Below, piece by piece: positions 62,701-64,000 of a stretch of 64,000 nt of DNA. The notes below the pieces were generated by a model. That model did not search any database and was not told the origin of the DNA. It saw only the letters and a program-made list of their open reading frames with translations. Source of the DNA: Eledone cirrhosa (taxonomy: Eukaryota); contig OZ024747.1 of NCBI GenBank assembly GCA_964016885.1, positions 52,452,001 to 52,516,000 of the forward strand, written 5' to 3'. The stretch's first letter is position 1; each line of letters begins with the position of its first letter. Position numbers and translations under genes: made by a program.

Positions 62701-64000
62701 AGTAAAACAGAGAGAACCAGTACATAGGACAGAGTCGGTGTAGAGTAAAACAGAGAGAACCAGTACATAGGACAGAGTTGATGTAGGGTAAAACAGAGAG
62801 AACTAGTACATAGGACAGAGTTGGTGTAGTGTAAAACAGAGAGAACCAGTACATAGGACAGAGTCGGTGTAGAGTAAAACATAGAGAACCAGTACATAGG
62901 ACAGAGTTGATGTAGGGTAAAACAGAGAGAACCAGTACATAGGACAGAGTAGGTGTAGAGTAAAACAGAGAGAACCAGTACATAGGACAGTGTTGGTGTA
63001 GAGTAAAACAGAGAGAACCAGTACGTAGCACAGAGTCGGTGTAGAGTAAAACAGAGAGAACCAGTACGTAGCACAGAGTCGGTGTAGAGTAAAACAGAGA
63101 GAACCAGTACATAGGACAGTGTTGGTGTAGAGTAAAACAGAGAGAACCAGTACATAGGACAGTGTTGGTGTAGAGTAAAACAGAGAGAACCAGTACATAG
63201 GACAGAGTAGGTGTAGTGTAAAACAGAGAACAGAGAGAACCAGTACATAGGACAGTGTTGGTGTAGAGTAAAACAGAGAGAACCAGTACGTAGCACAGAG
63301 TCGCTGTAGAGTAAAACAGAGAGAACCAGTAGATAGGACAGTGTTGGTGTAGAGTAAAACAGAGAGAACCAGTACATAGGACAGTGTTGGTGTAGAGTAA
63401 AACAGAGAGAACCAGTACATAGGACAGAGTAGGTGTAGTGTAAAACAGAGAGAACCAGTACATATGACAGAGTAGGTGTAGAGTAAAACAGAGAGAACCA
63501 GTATATAGGACAGAGTCGGTGTAGAGTAAAACAGAGAGAACCAGTACGTAGCACAGAGTCGCTGTAGAGTAAAACAGAGAGAACCAGTACGTAGCACAGA
63601 GTCGGTGTAGAGTAAAACAGAGAGAACCAGTACATAGGACAGTGTTGGTGTAGAGTAAAACAGAGAGGACCAGTACATAGGACAGTGTTGGTGTAGAGTA
63701 AAACAGAGAGAACCAGTACGTAGCACAGAGTCGCTGTAGAGTAAAACAGAGAGAACCAGTACATAGGACAGTGTTGGTGTAGAGTAAAACAGAGAGAACC
63801 AGTACATAGAACAGAGTCGGTGTAGAGTAAGACAGAGAGAACCAGTACATAGGACAGTGTTGGTGTAGAGTAAAACAGAGAGAACCAGTACGTAGCACAG
63901 AGTTGGTGTAGAGTAAAACAGAGAGAACCAGTACATAGGACAGTGTTGGTGTAGAGTAAAACAGAGAGAACCAGTACATAGGACATTGTTGGTGTAGAGT

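Larger units (their letters stand above)
1..64000. repeat. 43-bp tandem satellite/minisatellite array, about 1,490 monomers in a single orientation, extending beyond both window edges
   Basis: Unit 1-43 (cagtacataggacagagttggtgtagagtaaaacagagagaac) recurs at 44, 87, 130 and so on to the last base. The core GTAGAGTAAAACAGAGAGAACCAGTAC is nearly invariant and variation is concentrated at monomer positions 6-23. Confidence 0.99.

Noticed and set aside
190-63986. Long minus-strand ORFs (up to 1101 aa) as real membrane or Cys-rich protein genes
   Set aside because: They overlap in all three frames with the same peptide, the period of 43 is not a multiple of 3, indels of -2, +7 and -21 are tolerated freely, stop variants were amplified, and there is no unique N- or C-terminus or recognisable domain.
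1-64000. CRISPR array (conserved core of about 27 bp; minus-strand GTTTTACTCT loosely resembles type II repeat ends)
   Set aside because: The intervening 16 bp or so are point variants of one sequence rather than unique spacers, the period is too short, and there is no leader or cas gene.
1-64000. Programmed diversification system (antigenic-variation cassettes, DGR, shufflon, or an information-encoding array)
   Set aside because: There is no recombinase, reverse transcriptase, expression locus or inverted segment. The variant pattern is adequately explained by point mutation plus duplication.
1-64000. Assignment to a particular taxon or to a centromere
   Set aside because: There is no flanking unique sequence or recognisable diagnostic motif such as a CENP-B box. 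A database search and chromatin data would be needed.

Overview
All 64,000 bp are one uninterrupted, head-to-tail tandem array of a 43-bp monomer (about 1,490 copies), with consensus CAGTACATAGGACAGAG(T)(T/C)GGTGTAGAGTAAAACAGAGAGAAC. The monomer is about 42% GC and the + strand is about 72% purine. I saw no unique sequence, inversion, transposon, RNA gene, CRISPR spacer or credible gene, and the array runs off both ends. It looks like a eukaryotic satellite or giant minisatellite (inference; the taxon cannot be assigned from the sequence). The overlapping minus-strand 'ORFs' are by-products: the A-poor minus strand of the monomer has no stop in any frame, and since 43 is not divisible by 3 all frames give the same 43-aa cyclic peptide. 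The real information is in the variant-monomer code: a small alphabet of linked variants, recurring multi-monomer 'phrases', CpG-decay-like alleles at the two most polymorphic sites, microhomology-type length variants (22, 40, 41 and 50 bp), and nested duplications (periods 129, 256, 738, 813, 1798, 2024, 2375/2376, 2404, 3573, 3958, 4096, about 6532 bp and about 14 kb), some of which can be ordered in time. I found no evidence for a novel protein-coding system.
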